A stretch of DNA of 62,798 nucleotides, the filler included, from Chiloscyllium plagiosum (Eukaryota): NCBI RefSeq assembly GCF_004010195.1. It is 5 parts of one record of this genome, joined end to end, with 100 filler letters (N's around TTAATTAATTAA, not from the genome) between each part and the next. Parts side by side here need not be neighbours in the genome. Positions count along the whole stretch, not along the records: positions 28,765 to 58,580 come from NC_057716.1; positions 58,681 to 62,798 come from NC_057716.1; 3 more parts are not named here. One strand, given 5' to 3'. Under the pieces are notes generated by a model. It made no database searches. It saw only the letters and a program-made list of their open reading frames with translations, and was not told the origin of the DNA. Positions 49,071 to 61,588 of this stretch are shown here, one piece after another; the stretch's first letter is position 1, and every line of letters begins with the position of its first letter. Made by a program: the position numbers and the translations under genes.

Positions 49071-49434
49071 TCAACAATTACACCATCGCCTTGCCATTCC
49101 CTCTGCTCACTAACCCCCATCACTCTAGTCATGTTGTGTTTGAGTTCTAGTTGATGTTCTATGGTTTTACTCTAAGGTAAACCAGTTAGGTCCTTTTCAA
49201 CAATTATTTGTTTTCTTCAATCTAATTATATACATCACACAGTACTCTAATGCCCTGTCATGGGCGTCTTCTCTCCACTATGTCTGTTTTCATATGGTTG
49301 TCATGTCATCAATTGCACAGCTTGCTATGTGCATTCTCAGTAATTAACCTATACTCCACTACCTCCACCTGCTACTGCACCATCTTTTTCTGATACAATT
49401 GCTGTTTTAAATAAGGTTTCCCTTAAAATAATAA

Positions 49435-49930
49435 TTGAAATTAGAACATAGCTTCCATTCACAATTGCAACATGGTGCAGAAGGATGCCATTCAGTGTGT
49501 CATGACTGCACTGGCTCTCTAAATAAGCAATTCACCCATCTTCTCTCTTTAGTCCTGCATGCACTTCCTTTTCAGAGAACAGTAAAATTCTATTTTGAGC
49601 TCTTTGGTTGCATTTGCCTCGACTGTACTCTCAGGCTGTATTTCAGATCTTAATTGCTCACAATGTGATAAAAGTTGCTTTTCATATTGATTTTGCTTCT
49701 TTCACTAAATAAATTAAATTGTGTCCTTTTGTCCTCGATGTTTTCCTGAGTGGGAATGGTTTCTTCCTTTCTACTCTATCCAGGTCCGTCATGATTTTGA
49801 ATATCTTATTAGATCATCCTCTTAGCCTGCTTTCCTTGAAGAAAAACTGTTCCAACATCTCCAAGCTACTTTCATAATTAAAGTTCATTGTCACAGGAAC
49901 CAATCTCCTCAAGCTTTTTGGAAGTCTCAC
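49435..49930 (-). mobile_element. Old CR1 3' end
   Basis: LEMLEQFFFKESRLRG; diverged tail. Confidence 0.55.
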
Positions 49931-50256
49931 AAAAAACTCATATCCACGGTAAAGGATGTGGTAAGTTAGGGAGCGCAGCAAACTTAAGAACAAAACATTT
50001 GATTGTGTGGAGGTGAGGTTAGATAACTTGTCAGAATACAAAGAACAACAAGATTGACTGAAAGGTTAATCAGGACAAATAAATTGAAGCAATGGTGCCA
50101 ATGGGGAATTAATAGTAGGTAATAAAGAAATGATAGATAGAAGGAATAAATATTTTGCTTACATTTTCACTATAGATGAAATTAAAAAATACAGACGTAC
50201 CCATCAATCTAGAGATTGAAGAAAGAGAGGAATTTTGTGAAACTATCGTGACTAGA

Positions 50257-50937
50257 CCTTCGGGTGACCATCCTCCAAGGTGGACTTCGGGACAGGCAGC
50301 AGAGAAAAGTGTCCGAGCAGAGGCTGATAGCTAAGTTCGGTACCCATAGGGAGGGCCTCAACCGGGACCTTGGGTTCATGCCATTACAGGTGACCACCAT
50401 TGCACTATACACACACAAAGATATTCCTACACACACACACTCTCACACACACGGACACACATACACACAGACGCGCACACAGACACCCACACACACCCTT
50501 ACAGACANNATGTAAAACTCCGTTATCTCACTTTTTAGATTAGAATCAATCTAAACATCATGGCATAGACAGAAAACACAGGGGGCTAACACCTTCAACA
50601 TATTGTCTAGCTATTACCATTGTTAACAGCTAACCCGAGAATGCAACTTTTTAAAAAAAAGGTTTTGTGATTTACACATGAAAGAAGTGAGACTATCACT
50701 GTATTCTAACAGATGAAAGGCTTAACAGACAATCATTTTTTCAATGTATAATTTCAGTTACATCACACTGTAAATTTTTGCTATAAATTCTGTGTTAGGA
50801 TTGAGCCCTCCATTATCACCTGATGAAGGAGCATCGCTTCGAAAGCTAGTGTGCTTCCAATTAAACCTGTTGGACTATGACCTGGTGTTGTGTGATTTTT
50901 AACTTTGTACACCCCAGTCCAACACCGGCAGCTCCAA
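50257..50937 (+). mobile_element. Penelope-like element 3' part (GIY-YIG end plus pLTR), 12-bp TSD
   Basis: LRVTILQGGLRDRQQRKVSEQRLIAKFGTHREGLNRDLGFM; TSD ATC(G/A)TGACTAGA at 50245-50256 and 50938-50949. Confidence 0.9.
50817..50851 (+). ncRNA. Minimal hammerhead ribozyme (PLE type), all core nucleotides present
   Basis: CAC-CTGATGA-A-GGAGC-ATC-GCTTC-GAAA-GCTA-GTG: stem I CAC/GTG, stem II GGAGC/GCTTC, palindromic AGCT helix III, CUA triplet. Confidence 0.78.
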
Positions 50938-51472
50938 ATCATGACTAGAGAAGTGATACTGAACAAACTGATGGAGCCACAGGTTTATGAGTCTTTGGGT
51001 CCTGAACAGTTTCATCCTGGAATCATAAAAGAGGTGGCTAATGAGATTGTAGATGCATCATTGTTAATTTAACCAAGTTTTTTTAAATTCTAGAATTATT
51101 CCATTAGACTATTCAAAATGGGAAGGAGGCAGAAAATTTGAAAGTTTAGGCCAGTCAAAATAAGCTGTTAGAATTGATCATTAAGAAGGTTATAACTGGG
51201 CACCTGGAAGAGCTCAAGGGAATAAGTAAGAGTCAGCATGGCTTTGTTTAACTACCTTATTGGAATTCTTCATAGAAGTAACTGTGGATAAAGGGAATTT
51301 CATAAATATACTGTCTTTGGATTTCCAGAAGGCATTTGATGAGATGCTACATAGAAGGCTATTGCATAAGATAGGAACTCATTGTGTAAGAAGAAACGTA
51401 TTAGAATGGATAGAAGAATGGCTTACTGGCTGGCATAAATCAGAGAGTTTGCAAAAAACTTTGGGGTGTTTC

Positions 51473-51780
51473 ATAGAATCCCTACAGTGTGGAAGCAGGC
51501 CATTTAGCCCGTCGAGTCCACGCTGAACCTCTGAAGAGCATCCCACCCTGACCCACCCTATCCCTGTAACCCTGAAAACTCATCTAACCTACACATTAAG
51601 GGCAATTTAGCATGGCCAATCCATCTAAGCTGCACATCTTTGGACGGTGAGGAAATCGGAGCACCCGGAGGAAACCTACATAGACATGGGGATAATGTGA
51701 AACTCCACACAGACAGTGGCCTGAGTCAAATCTGAGTCCCTGACATTGTGAGGCAGCAGTACTAACCACTGAGCCATTGT
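51473..51780 (-). mobile_element. HE1-type V-SINE (diverged)
   Basis: V-domain remnants and tail. Confidence 0.82.
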
Positions 51781-52899
51781 GCTTCAGATTGTTTCAGATT
51801 GACAGATATGACAACTGGGATCTCAGAGGCATCTGTGTTGGGCTCCCAAATTTTTACAATATATAACAATGACTTATATAAGGGCATTGGAGCCACAGTG
51901 GCTACAATTTCAGATGACTGAAAGATAGACATGAAAATCTGTTGTGAAGGTAACATAACAAGGATTGAGACCAATATAAATAGATTAAATGTGTGGACAA
52001 AAATGTGGCAGATGCAGTTTAATGTGAAAAAATTTTAAGTTGTTAACTTCAGCAGGAAGAATAAAAATGGAGTATTACTTAAACATAGAATGAAAGCATA
52101 AAAAAATCAAAGCATAGAATGAACTAGCTATTCTAGTTCATGAGTTATAAATGGTTGGGATGCAAGTACAGCACGTAATCACAAAGGCTAATAGGATGCT
52201 ATCCTTTATTAAGAGAGGAATTGAACCTGAAAATATTATACTTCAGTTTTACAAGGCAATGGTGAGGCCACATCTTGAATGCCATTTACAGTTTTGATCT
52301 CCTTATTTAAGAGAGGCTGTAAAAGCATGGTAGGTGGTTAAGAGGTTTACTAGATTGATGCCTGGAATGAGCAAATAGTTTTATGAGGAAAGATTGGACA
52401 TGCTGGGCTTACTTTCACTAAAGTTAAAAGAGGAGGCAGTGATCTGTTGAAGTTTATAAGATCCAGAATGGATTGGACAAGGTGAACCTGGATAGGTTGT
52501 TTACTCGTGTGAGTGAGTCCAAAAAAGGTGCATTGTTTTAATATCAAGGATCACCTTTTTAGGGCAGAGATTAGGGGTTTCTTTTTTCTCTCTGAGGTTT
52601 GTATGATTTTGGAATTCGCTGTTTCAGAAGGCAATGGAGGTAGTCATTGAACAATTTTGAGGAGATGGATTAATATTCGTTAGTCAAATGTAGTAAAGAT
52701 TATCAGGGTGGAATATGGGACACAGGTAGATCAGCCAAGGCCTTATTGAACAGCAGACAATACCTGTTGGCTGGATGACCTCCCTCTGTTCCTATATTTT
52801 CTGTTTGTAGCCTTTAATGCATCTCATCCAGTCATCTGAACCTTTTATATTCAGCCCAGATCTCCCTGATATCTGTTGTAAACACACTTTTTCTTCTTA

Positions 52900-53320
52900 T
52901 TCTGGATTGTTCTTTATTCTTTTTCATAATGAGCCTTAACTTTATGATGCAATGGTCATGTTCCCTTAACTGTTCCCCAATTAACATTTGATTCATTTGA
53001 TTCACCTCATTCCCAAGATCCAGGTCCAGCTTTAGTTCCTTTCACATTAATCTGAAAACATACTGCTGTAAAATATTTTCCTGCACATCAAAAGAACTAT
53101 TGTTCCTCTCTGCCCTTTAACTAGTACCATCACAGACTAGTTTGGATAATTAAAGTCCCCCATTATAACTGCAGGCACTCTATAGTTTTTGATCCTCTCT
53201 GTAATTTCTTTGTAAATGTGTTCCTCTACGCCTTTCCCACTAATCAGTGGTCTATAGACTACACCAAGCAATATAATTGCACCTTCTCTGTTTCTTAGCT
53301 CTAGCCAAATAGATTCTTAG
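52900..53320 (-). mobile_element. Old CR1 endonuclease-region fragment
   Basis: Minus strand VYRPL..., VIMGDFNYP, LDLDLGNE. Confidence 0.65.
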
Positions 53321-54471
53321 CACTGTTGGTAAATAGAGGTAATTGACTATGTTGTGAAATATTTTAGCCTTACAATTTGGCACCCATTTTTCATCACTCT
53401 GTACGTCCTATATGTGAGAGTGAAGCCTGACCTACAGCAGAAACAAATACACACACACACAAATTGGTACAGCAAGGTCCATCTGAACACTGAGATAATC
53501 TAACCCCACATTGTATGTTTCTCATAAGTACCTTGGTGCCTTGCTAATCATTATGAGATGCCAATTAGCACACATTGTAAGTTAGACACCTTGTTATTGC
53601 TGTAACTTGCCTCATAACTATTCAGACTTATCAAGCTTTCCAAGCAAACTAGACGTTGGGAAACTCAACCAGGAAACCGGAGCATGTACCTGGGGAATTA
53701 TTCCAAATTGTACCATGGTGGAAACTAGGCACCAACCTCTCAGGGTAACACCATGGGCACAGACTTTGACATCTGTCATTTGCCAGCCTCTAAGAACCAT
53801 TATAGGATATTTCTAAACCACTTACATGATGCTCCTGCACTTCAATACTGCAACATGGGCTGCTCAATCAACTAAGATTGCTGTGCTACAGCAAGGACTC
53901 CCTGTGTCACACTGTGCATGTATCTAGCTCATGGACTTGGCCAGGTTTCACCTTCAGGCCTCTGCTCTCTTAGTGCTCACTCGCTTCAACCCTACCTGGA
54001 TGCTCACAGCATAGTGTCTTGAATTACCTTGCCTTAACCTTTTGCACTTTGCCCCCTCAGCCTGAAATAACATATCCATATTGCTGTGGTCCTGCTTTGC
54101 ATTTAATGCAGATACAAAGGCAGAAAGCTTGTTATAGTTGTCAGCAGGCTTTCACATAGGGATTCCCAACACAGTAAGTCAAAGGCAGCCTCCAATACCA
54201 GTCCTGACCCTACTCAGGGTGGTGATCTGCTCTAAAACTCTTTCCCCAGTGCTCATTGACACCCAGCATCTTATCATTGCTCAATGTGAGACAACCAAAT
54301 ACAGGAAAGTCACCAACACCAAAAGTGAATTAGAATGCATTTTGCATTTGGAACAGAACTGAACTGCTTGCCTGTTCAGCACCAACTATTTTGCAGTCAA
54401 TGAATGATCATTGCAATCAGTTCTCATCTAATGAAACCGGGTGACAATTAAGTCCTGTCCGGCTTATAGTG

Positions 54472-54787
54472 GGCGGCACGGGCACAGTGGTTAGCACTGC
54501 TGCCTCACAGCGCCAGAGACCTGGGTTCAATTCCCGCCTCAGGCGACTGACTGTGTGGAGTTTGCACGTTCTCCCCGTGTCTGCGTGGGTTTCCTCCGGG
54601 TGCTCCGGTTTCCTCCCACAGTCCAAAGATGTGCAGGTCAGGTGAATTGGCCATGCTAAATTGCCCGTAGTGTTAGGTAAGGGGTAAATGTAGGGGTATG
54701 GGTGGGTTGCGCTTCGGCGGGTCGGTGTGGACTTGTTGGGCCGAAGGGCCTGTTTCCACACTGTAAGTAATCTATAAGTAATCTAAT
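54472..54787 (+). mobile_element. HE1-type V-SINE (young) with 9-bp TSD
   Basis: TSD CTTATAGTG at 54463-54471 and 54788-54796. Confidence 0.94.
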
Positions 54788-55985
54788 CTTATAGTGCCTG
54801 GTACTGCTGTGTTTTATCATGCACAAGATAATGTTGCTCCTGCTCATTGTCCTCATTCTCATCTGGCTGTCCAAATGGATCACCCTCCATCAAATCCTCT
54901 AGAGTTGGGTAGAGCACAACATGATAAGAGAATGTAGCACACTCTGTTCAGAGTGGACTGAAAGTACCAAACAAGTATCAGAACCTCATCTTCAGCAGAC
55001 CTGCTGTTTCTTCCTCCATAGCCTTTGGCAAAGAATGAGCTGCGTTGTATTTACAGTTAGCTTCATTTAGGGGAGATGCATAATTGTGTCATCAGCCATA
55101 TCCTTTGTCCCACAATAGCCATCCTTGGAAGGCACCTGGCCTCTCAAACACAGCAGAAACACAAGAGTTTTCAAGGATATAAGTTTCATAACACCTGATG
55201 CAAATCCTAAGAAGTACTATTGACAATCACAGATGACTTGCACATTGAAGGAATGGAACTCATTTCTATTAATAAACTTAGCTGCTAATGAACAGGTCCT
55301 CTCTACATGATCTGGACACAGTCTACTTTGCCCTGTACTTTGAGGTATAGCCAGCTTTATCGCTGAATTCTACTGGCCAGGCTGCAGAATTCAGCCTGGT
55401 ACTGCTGTGACCTCATCATAAGGAAATGAGCTGATATGGTCTGATCTGGCATAAATGACATTGGCTACAGCCATTTCCTTCTTTACCCCCCATTTCCACC
55501 TTTTCTCTCTTTTTTTCCCATTTTCTGGTATTTTCCCACTCTTGGTGTTCCTCCTGTGGCAGGTCTTGGCCTAGTTCTCTTAGCAGCTCTCAATCTGGGT
55601 CCTTGGTGACTCCTGGCGGTGTCTCGGCTCAGCGAACGAGTGGGTCAAACCCGGGCATGTTCCCAAGGTAGCAGGGGAGATCAGAGAGGTGGCAGCTTCA
55701 GCAGGAGCAGCATTGTCTGCGGCGATAGCGTCGAGAACAGAGGGTTGAGGTCTCCCACTGAGCATGCTAAGTGGAGAACTCATCAAAGACTTCTGAACTT
55801 TAACTTATTCCTTCATTTTCATAGTTTAAATTAAGAAAGACTTTAATGGTAACTATTACCTCATTTCTTTATTTTTCTACTATTCTATGTCGTAATGCTT
55901 AGCTTTTTAACTCTGTTTCTCATACTACATTGTGCCTACGTTTTTTGTACTTAGGTACCTTAGTTCCTTGGCACCTAAGATGGCA

Positions 55986-56169
55986 AGGAGAAAGTGAGGA
56001 CTGCAGATGCTGGAGATCAGAGCTGAAAATGTGTTGCTGGAAAAGCGCAGCAGGTCAGGCAGCATCCAAGGAGCAGGAGAATCGATGTTTCGGGCATGCC
56101 CGAAACGTCGATTCTCCTGCTCCTTGGATGCTGCCTGACCTGCTGCACTTTTCCAGCAACACATTTTCA
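55986..56169. mobile_element. Fold-back Penelope pLTR insertion (150-bp palindrome) with perfect 15-bp TSD
   Basis: Palindrome 56022-56171 centred on GGGCAT|GCCC; TSD GCACCTAAGATGGCA at 55971-55985 and 56170-56184. Confidence 0.92.
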
Positions 56170-57249
56170 GCACCTAAGATGGCACCTTGTGTGGCGACAT
56201 TATACATTTTTCATTGTACTCCTGTATGTCTGTACTTGAGTACACATGACAATAAAATCGAAATCTAAGTCTTTATTCATTTGTGGTTGGATAACAGGAC
56301 CCACTCTTGCAGTTGGTATAGTTCAGTAACAATATCTCGGACAGCATTAGTCTGAGCCCACACTACACCTGAAAATGAGGATAGAATGATCTAGCACTCT
56401 TGTATCACCAACACATTATTAGGAACCATGATCTCTGATCTCTTCATTGGGGGCCATTCGGCGTCTGTTGAAAATTGCTGCTGGCTCTGGGCATACTGGG
56501 TGCATCTGTTGCTCCTCAATTTCTTTACATCTTTGTTGTATTGCAGTGACAGTAGGAAAAGCCCTGCTGTGTCTGGATCCATCAATCACACTTATAATGA
56601 ATCAGTGTGAATGTAACAAACAGAACAGGTCCTTAATAATGTGAGCAGTCAGTATTCACATCAATCACAAATTCAACATACTTCTCCATACATTGGGAGA
56701 TGGTGGCGAAATCTGACAAGGAGAAGCTTGGAAAGTCTTGACTTTGAACTTTGACATTGGACCTTATTCTGCTGAATATAACACCAGTCATATTGCAAAG
56801 AGAAAGTAGGAGATTATAAACGCTGAATTAGCGCTGACACTGTCTCCTCCCAGCCCCACCTGAATCAAGTAAGGCATAGTTGCAGATAGAATCATCTTAC
56901 ATTATACTTTCAGTTCAAAAGCGAATCAGTTTCATATCCACATGCAACTGATGAGGTGTTGCATTAGGTTTGTGATTCTGCCCCATGGATGCCACTTTTA
57001 ATGTCACCCAGGATTCCTTCTGCCTCACAGAGATGTCTATCTTCAACTTTCAAGAATCAACAAAATGGTCAAAATTGCCTGTGACCAGCGTTTGTACCAC
57101 ACACAGTTGATACCGCATTAATTTTATGGGCGCAATGAGATATTCCAAATGGCTACAACTTACAAGTGGTCTGCAAATGCATGATTGATGGAATTGCCCA
57201 TTGAATGGAAACCTGTTACTCAGAGGTTGGGCCTGCATGTTGGGGCAGA

Positions 57250-57500
57250 AAATCTATTTCACATTTAGGAACCAAGAGGTCATGGAAAATAATGCAGATC
57301 ACGCCGTGTGCTGAGTCCCAGGCTCAGCTGGTCATCAGGTACTGCCACCAACATCCAAGTGCCTTTCCACCTGGCACTCCATCGACAGCCTATCACCACT
57401 GATCCCTACTTCTTCCCACCCACCACGTGGAATTATGGCTGCAGTTCTCATCTTTACACCCCTGAGCTCCATCTCGACAGTTTGTTGGCTCATTGTTTTG
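57250..57500 (-). mobile_element. Possible Harbinger Myb/SANT ORF relic
   Basis: VEMELRGVKMRTAAIIPRGG...FHDL, weakly similar to 14600-14805 and 27070-27265. Confidence 0.4.
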
Positions 57501-57544
57501 AATGCAACCACTGATGAGGCCAAGATGATGGTGACTGCTGAAAT

Positions 57545-59492
57545 CTCTTAACTGTGCTGAAGGAAGCACTATGGAGGACTCGAGCAGTGAGGCAATATGG
57601 ACAGAGCTCAGAAATAGGAAGGGTGCAGTAACAATGTTGGGGCTGCACTACAGGCCTCCCTACAGCAAGCGTGAGATAGAGGTACAAATATGTAAACAGA
57701 TTATGGAAAGATGTAGGAGCAAAAGGGTGGTGGTGATGGGAGGTTGTAATTTTTCTAACATTGACTGGGATTCACTTAGTGTTAGAGGTCTAAATGGAGC
57801 AGAATTTGTAAGGAGCACTTTCTAGAGTAGTATGTAAATAGTCCAACTTGGGAAGGGGCCATACTGTTGGGGAATGAGCCCGGCCAGGTGGTTGAAGTTT
57901 CAATAGGGGATTATTTTGGGAATAATAATCACAATTCTATAAGCTTTAGTGTAGTCGTGGACAAAGATGAAACTGGTCCTAAAGGAAGAGTGCTAAACTG
58001 GGGGAAGGCCAACTATAGCAAAATTCGGCAGAAGCTGGAGAATGTGGATTGGGAGCAGCTGATGAAGGTAAATCCACATTTGATATGTGGAAGGTTTTTA
58101 AAGGTGGTTGATTAGAGTACAGGACAGACATGTCCCTGTGAAAATGAGTGATAGAAATGGGAGGATTAGGGAACCATGGATGACAGGTGAAATTGTAAGG
58201 GGTAAAAACAATGACTGCAGATGCTGGAAACCAGATTCTGGATTAGTGGTGCTGAAAGAGCACAGCAGTTCAGGCAGCATCCAAGGAGCAGCGAAATTGA
58301 CGTTTCAGGCAAAAACCCTTCATCAGGAATAAAGGCAGAGAGCCTGAAGCATGGAGAGATAAGCTAGAGGAGGGTGGGGATGGGGAGAAAGTAGCATAGA
58401 GTACAATGGGTGAGTGGGGGAGGGGATGAAGGTGATAGGTCAGGGAGGAGAGGGTGGAGTGGATAGGTGGAAAAGGAGATAGGCAGGTCGGACAAGTCAT
58501 GGGGAAAGTGCTGAGCTGGAAGTTTAGAACTCGGTGCCCCCACCTCATCCTAGTTCTAAACTTCCAGCTCAGCACTGTCCNNNNNNNNNNNNNNNNNNNN
58601 NNNNNNNNNNNNNNNNNNNNNNNNTTAATTAATTAANNNNNNNNNNNNNNNNNNNNNNNNNNNNNNNNNNNNNNNNNNNNGGCAGATGGAGTTTAATTCA
58701 GATAAATGTGAGGTGCTGCATTTTAGGAAAGGAAATCTTAGCAGGATTTATACACTTAATGGTAAGGTCCTAGGGAGTGTTGCTGAACAAAGAGACCTTG
58801 GAGTGCAGGTTCATAGCTCCTTGAAAGTGGAGTTGCAGGTACTTAGGATAGCGAAGAAGGCATTTGGGATGCTTGCGTTTATTGGTCAGAGTATTGAGTA
58901 CAGGAGTTAGGAGGTCATGTTGCAGCTGTTCAGGACATTGGTTAGGCCACTGTTAGAATATTGCATGCAATTCTGGTCTCCTTCCTATTGGAATGATGTT
59001 GTGAAACTTGAAAGGGTTCAGAAAAGATTTACAAGGATGATACCAGGGTTGGAGGATCTGAGCTATAAGGAGAGGCTGAACAGGCTGGGGCTGTTTTTCC
59101 TGGAGCGTCAGAGGCTGAGGGGTGACTATTGAGGTTTACAAAATTATGAGGGGCATAATAGACAAAGTCTTTTCCCTGGGGTCGGGGGAGTCCAGAACTA
59201 GAGGGCATAGGTTTAGGTTGTGAGGGGAAAAATATAAAAGAGACCTAAGGGGCAACCTTTTCACGCAGAGGGTGGTACGTGTATGGAATGAGCTGCCAGA
59301 GGATGTGGTGGAGGCTGGTACAATTGCAACATTTAAGAGGTATTTGGATGGGTATATGAATAGGAAAGGTTTGGAGGGAAATGGACCGGTTGCTGGCAGG
59401 TGGGACTAGATTGGGTTGGGATATCTGGTCGGCATGGATGGGTTGGACCGAAGGGTCTGTTTCCATGCTGTACATCTCTATGATTCTATGAC
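57545..59492 (+). mobile_element. CR1 LINE ORF2 pieces (EN, gap, RT end and 3' tail)
   Basis: EAIWTELRNRKGAVTMLGLHYRPP; LNWGKANY; MEFNSDKCEVLHF; CR1 tail. The two sides of the gap may be different copies. Confidence 0.88.
58200..58580 (-). mobile_element. Penelope pLTR with inversion running into the gap
   Basis: Same family as 4145-4359; decayed hammerhead 58299-58326; 25-bp inverted arms at 58507-58531 and 58552-58576. Confidence 0.85.
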
Positions 59493-59499
59493 TTTATGA

Positions 59500-60435
59500 A
59501 AAGCATAGGCCTTCCATAAAAGTTAAATTTCTTAATTGGAGGAAGGCAAATTTTAATGGTATGGGACAGGAACTTTCAAAAATTGATTGGAGTAGATTGT
59601 TCGCAGGTAAAGGGGTGACTGACAAGTTGGAGACTTTCAGAAGTGTGATAACAGAGTTCAGGGGCATTATGTTCCTGTTAGAGTTAAGGGTAAGGCTGGT
59701 AACATTAGGAACAGAAGATGAATAAAGCTTTAGAGGTTCTGGTCAAGATTAAGAAAGAGCCATATATTGGATAGAGACAACAGGAATCAAATGCATCTCT
59801 TGAAGACCATAAAGGGTGTAGAGGCATTCTTAAGAAGGAACTCAGGAGGGCAAAAAGGGTATATGAGATAGTCATGGCAGATACGGTTAAGGATGATCCA
59901 AAGAAATTCTGCAATTACATTAAGAGCAGTAGAGCAACTGGGAATTAATAGGGCCCCTTAAAGATCAACAAGGTCATCTATGTGTTGAACCTCAGGAGAT
60001 GAGAAAGATACTAAATAAATATTTCGCATTAACTTTTACTCTGGAGAAAGAAGTAGCGGCTGTAGATCTTTGGGAAATAAATACTGATGTTTTGGAAACA
60101 GAATACATTACAGAAATGCAAATGGTGGAGGTCTTAAAAAACATAAAGGTGGATAAATCGCCAGGATCTGATCAAGTGTATCCCAGGATGTTGTGGGAAA
60201 TTAGGGAGGAATTATGCCCCTGGCAGAGAAATTTGTATCATTATAACCACAGGTGAGGTGCTGGAAGACTAGGGGTGTCTAATGTTGTGCCTTTATTTAA
60301 GAAAGGCTGTAAGGAGAAGCCTGGGAATTATAGAATTGTGAGTCTGTCATCAGTGATGAGTAAATTGTTAGAGGTGATTCTGAAAGATAGGCATTTGGAG
60401 AGGCACGGATTGATTAAGGATAATCAGTGTGGTGA
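59500..60435 (+). mobile_element. CR1 ORF2 fragment
   Basis: ILNKYFALTFT; KSPGSDQVYPR; PLFKKGCKEKPGNYR. Confidence 0.88.
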
Positions 60436-60634
60436 GGGACCAAAAGGAGAATTGAGATATTGGACAAGCAGCAATTTGGAAGGTTTAGTCTAGATAAGAT
60501 GCTAATATTGGTAAAAACTATAATACACTTTTGCACTAAAATCACAAATGCTAACAAACAGCAATGGTATTTTGGAAATTCCATGGACTGGGCTATGACT
60601 GTTAAGTGGCAGAGAATGAGGAATTGCATGTAGG

Positions 60635-60725
60635 AGAAAGTGAGGACTGCAGATGCTGGAGATCAGAGCTGAAAAATGTGTTGCTGGAAAAGCGCAGCAG
60701 GTCAGGCAGCATCCAAGGAGCAGGA
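60635..60725 (-). mobile_element. Penelope pLTR 3' stub with 14-bp TSD
   Basis: Matches 55986-56080; TSD GAATTGCATGTAGG at 60621-60634 and 60726-60739. Confidence 0.87.
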
Positions 60726-61588
60726 GAATTGCATGTAGGGCTGGTTTACTATCACCGTGGTTGAGGTAGAGGTAATAAAATGACAGTTGAGCCGAGAAGT
60801 AAGGTGAGGTTATAAAACATTGTTTTAAAGTTTTGAATTTACTTTGCTTTGCAGGCCTGCTGGGTTAAGAATGCAGGGAGAGAGCAACTGTAGAACAGAG
60901 TGGGAAACGGGTTCAGTGGACCACACTGAGAGTGAGTCACATGGTACAATCAGACAAAAAGGCAAGTATAAGAAATAGGGTTAAAAGTAGCAAGTTTTAA
61001 GTGTGGAAGAACAAAAGTTACAGAAAGTGTGTAATTAGTAAGACTAAAAGGAGTTAAGTGTCACTTTTAAGAAATGCACACTTAACACCAGACCTTTACC
61101 ATCCATGGCATTGCTTACAGGTCAGGAAAAACACATATTTGCTCTACTTGCAACAAAGTACTCAAAACTTCCATGGTAGTCTTGGTTGTACCTACTGAAC
61201 TGGTATAAAAGTTACATCTCCTGTACAGAAGTGAACATGTATTTTGGAGCATTGAGCTGAGAAAAAGATCTTGAGTTTGTGAAGATATTTAAGGCTGGAT
61301 TTTATTCTGCCTGCTTGACTAAAATAGTACAGACAGGTGTTTAACATGATGTTTGAGTATTTTGTATTGCAATGTTTGTTACATGTTCATGCTTGCTGCC
61401 TTTTTTTTAGGTAACATTTGCAATCATCGAGCACAGGCAAGCGGGATCCTTATTCATTGTTATATAAACAATGAATAAGGATGACAGCATTTGAATGCAA
61501 ATGCGATTTTAACTACTGATCACAGCAATGATGCCTAATGCTGGAGTTGCAAGCAAAAGCTGGTTGCAAGCAGGATCATGAGCAGCAG

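Larger units (their letters stand above)
49990..52800 (+). mobile_element. Old CR1 LINE ORF2 with nested PLE and HE1
   Basis: SQHGF; LDFQKAFD; IYNNDL; ISDD*K; VRPHLEC; many stops. Confidence 0.8.

Noticed and set aside
60835..60960. Splice-acceptor-like TTTGCTTTGCAG followed by a short open frame
   Set aside because: No matching donor or recognisable peptide; cannot support an exon
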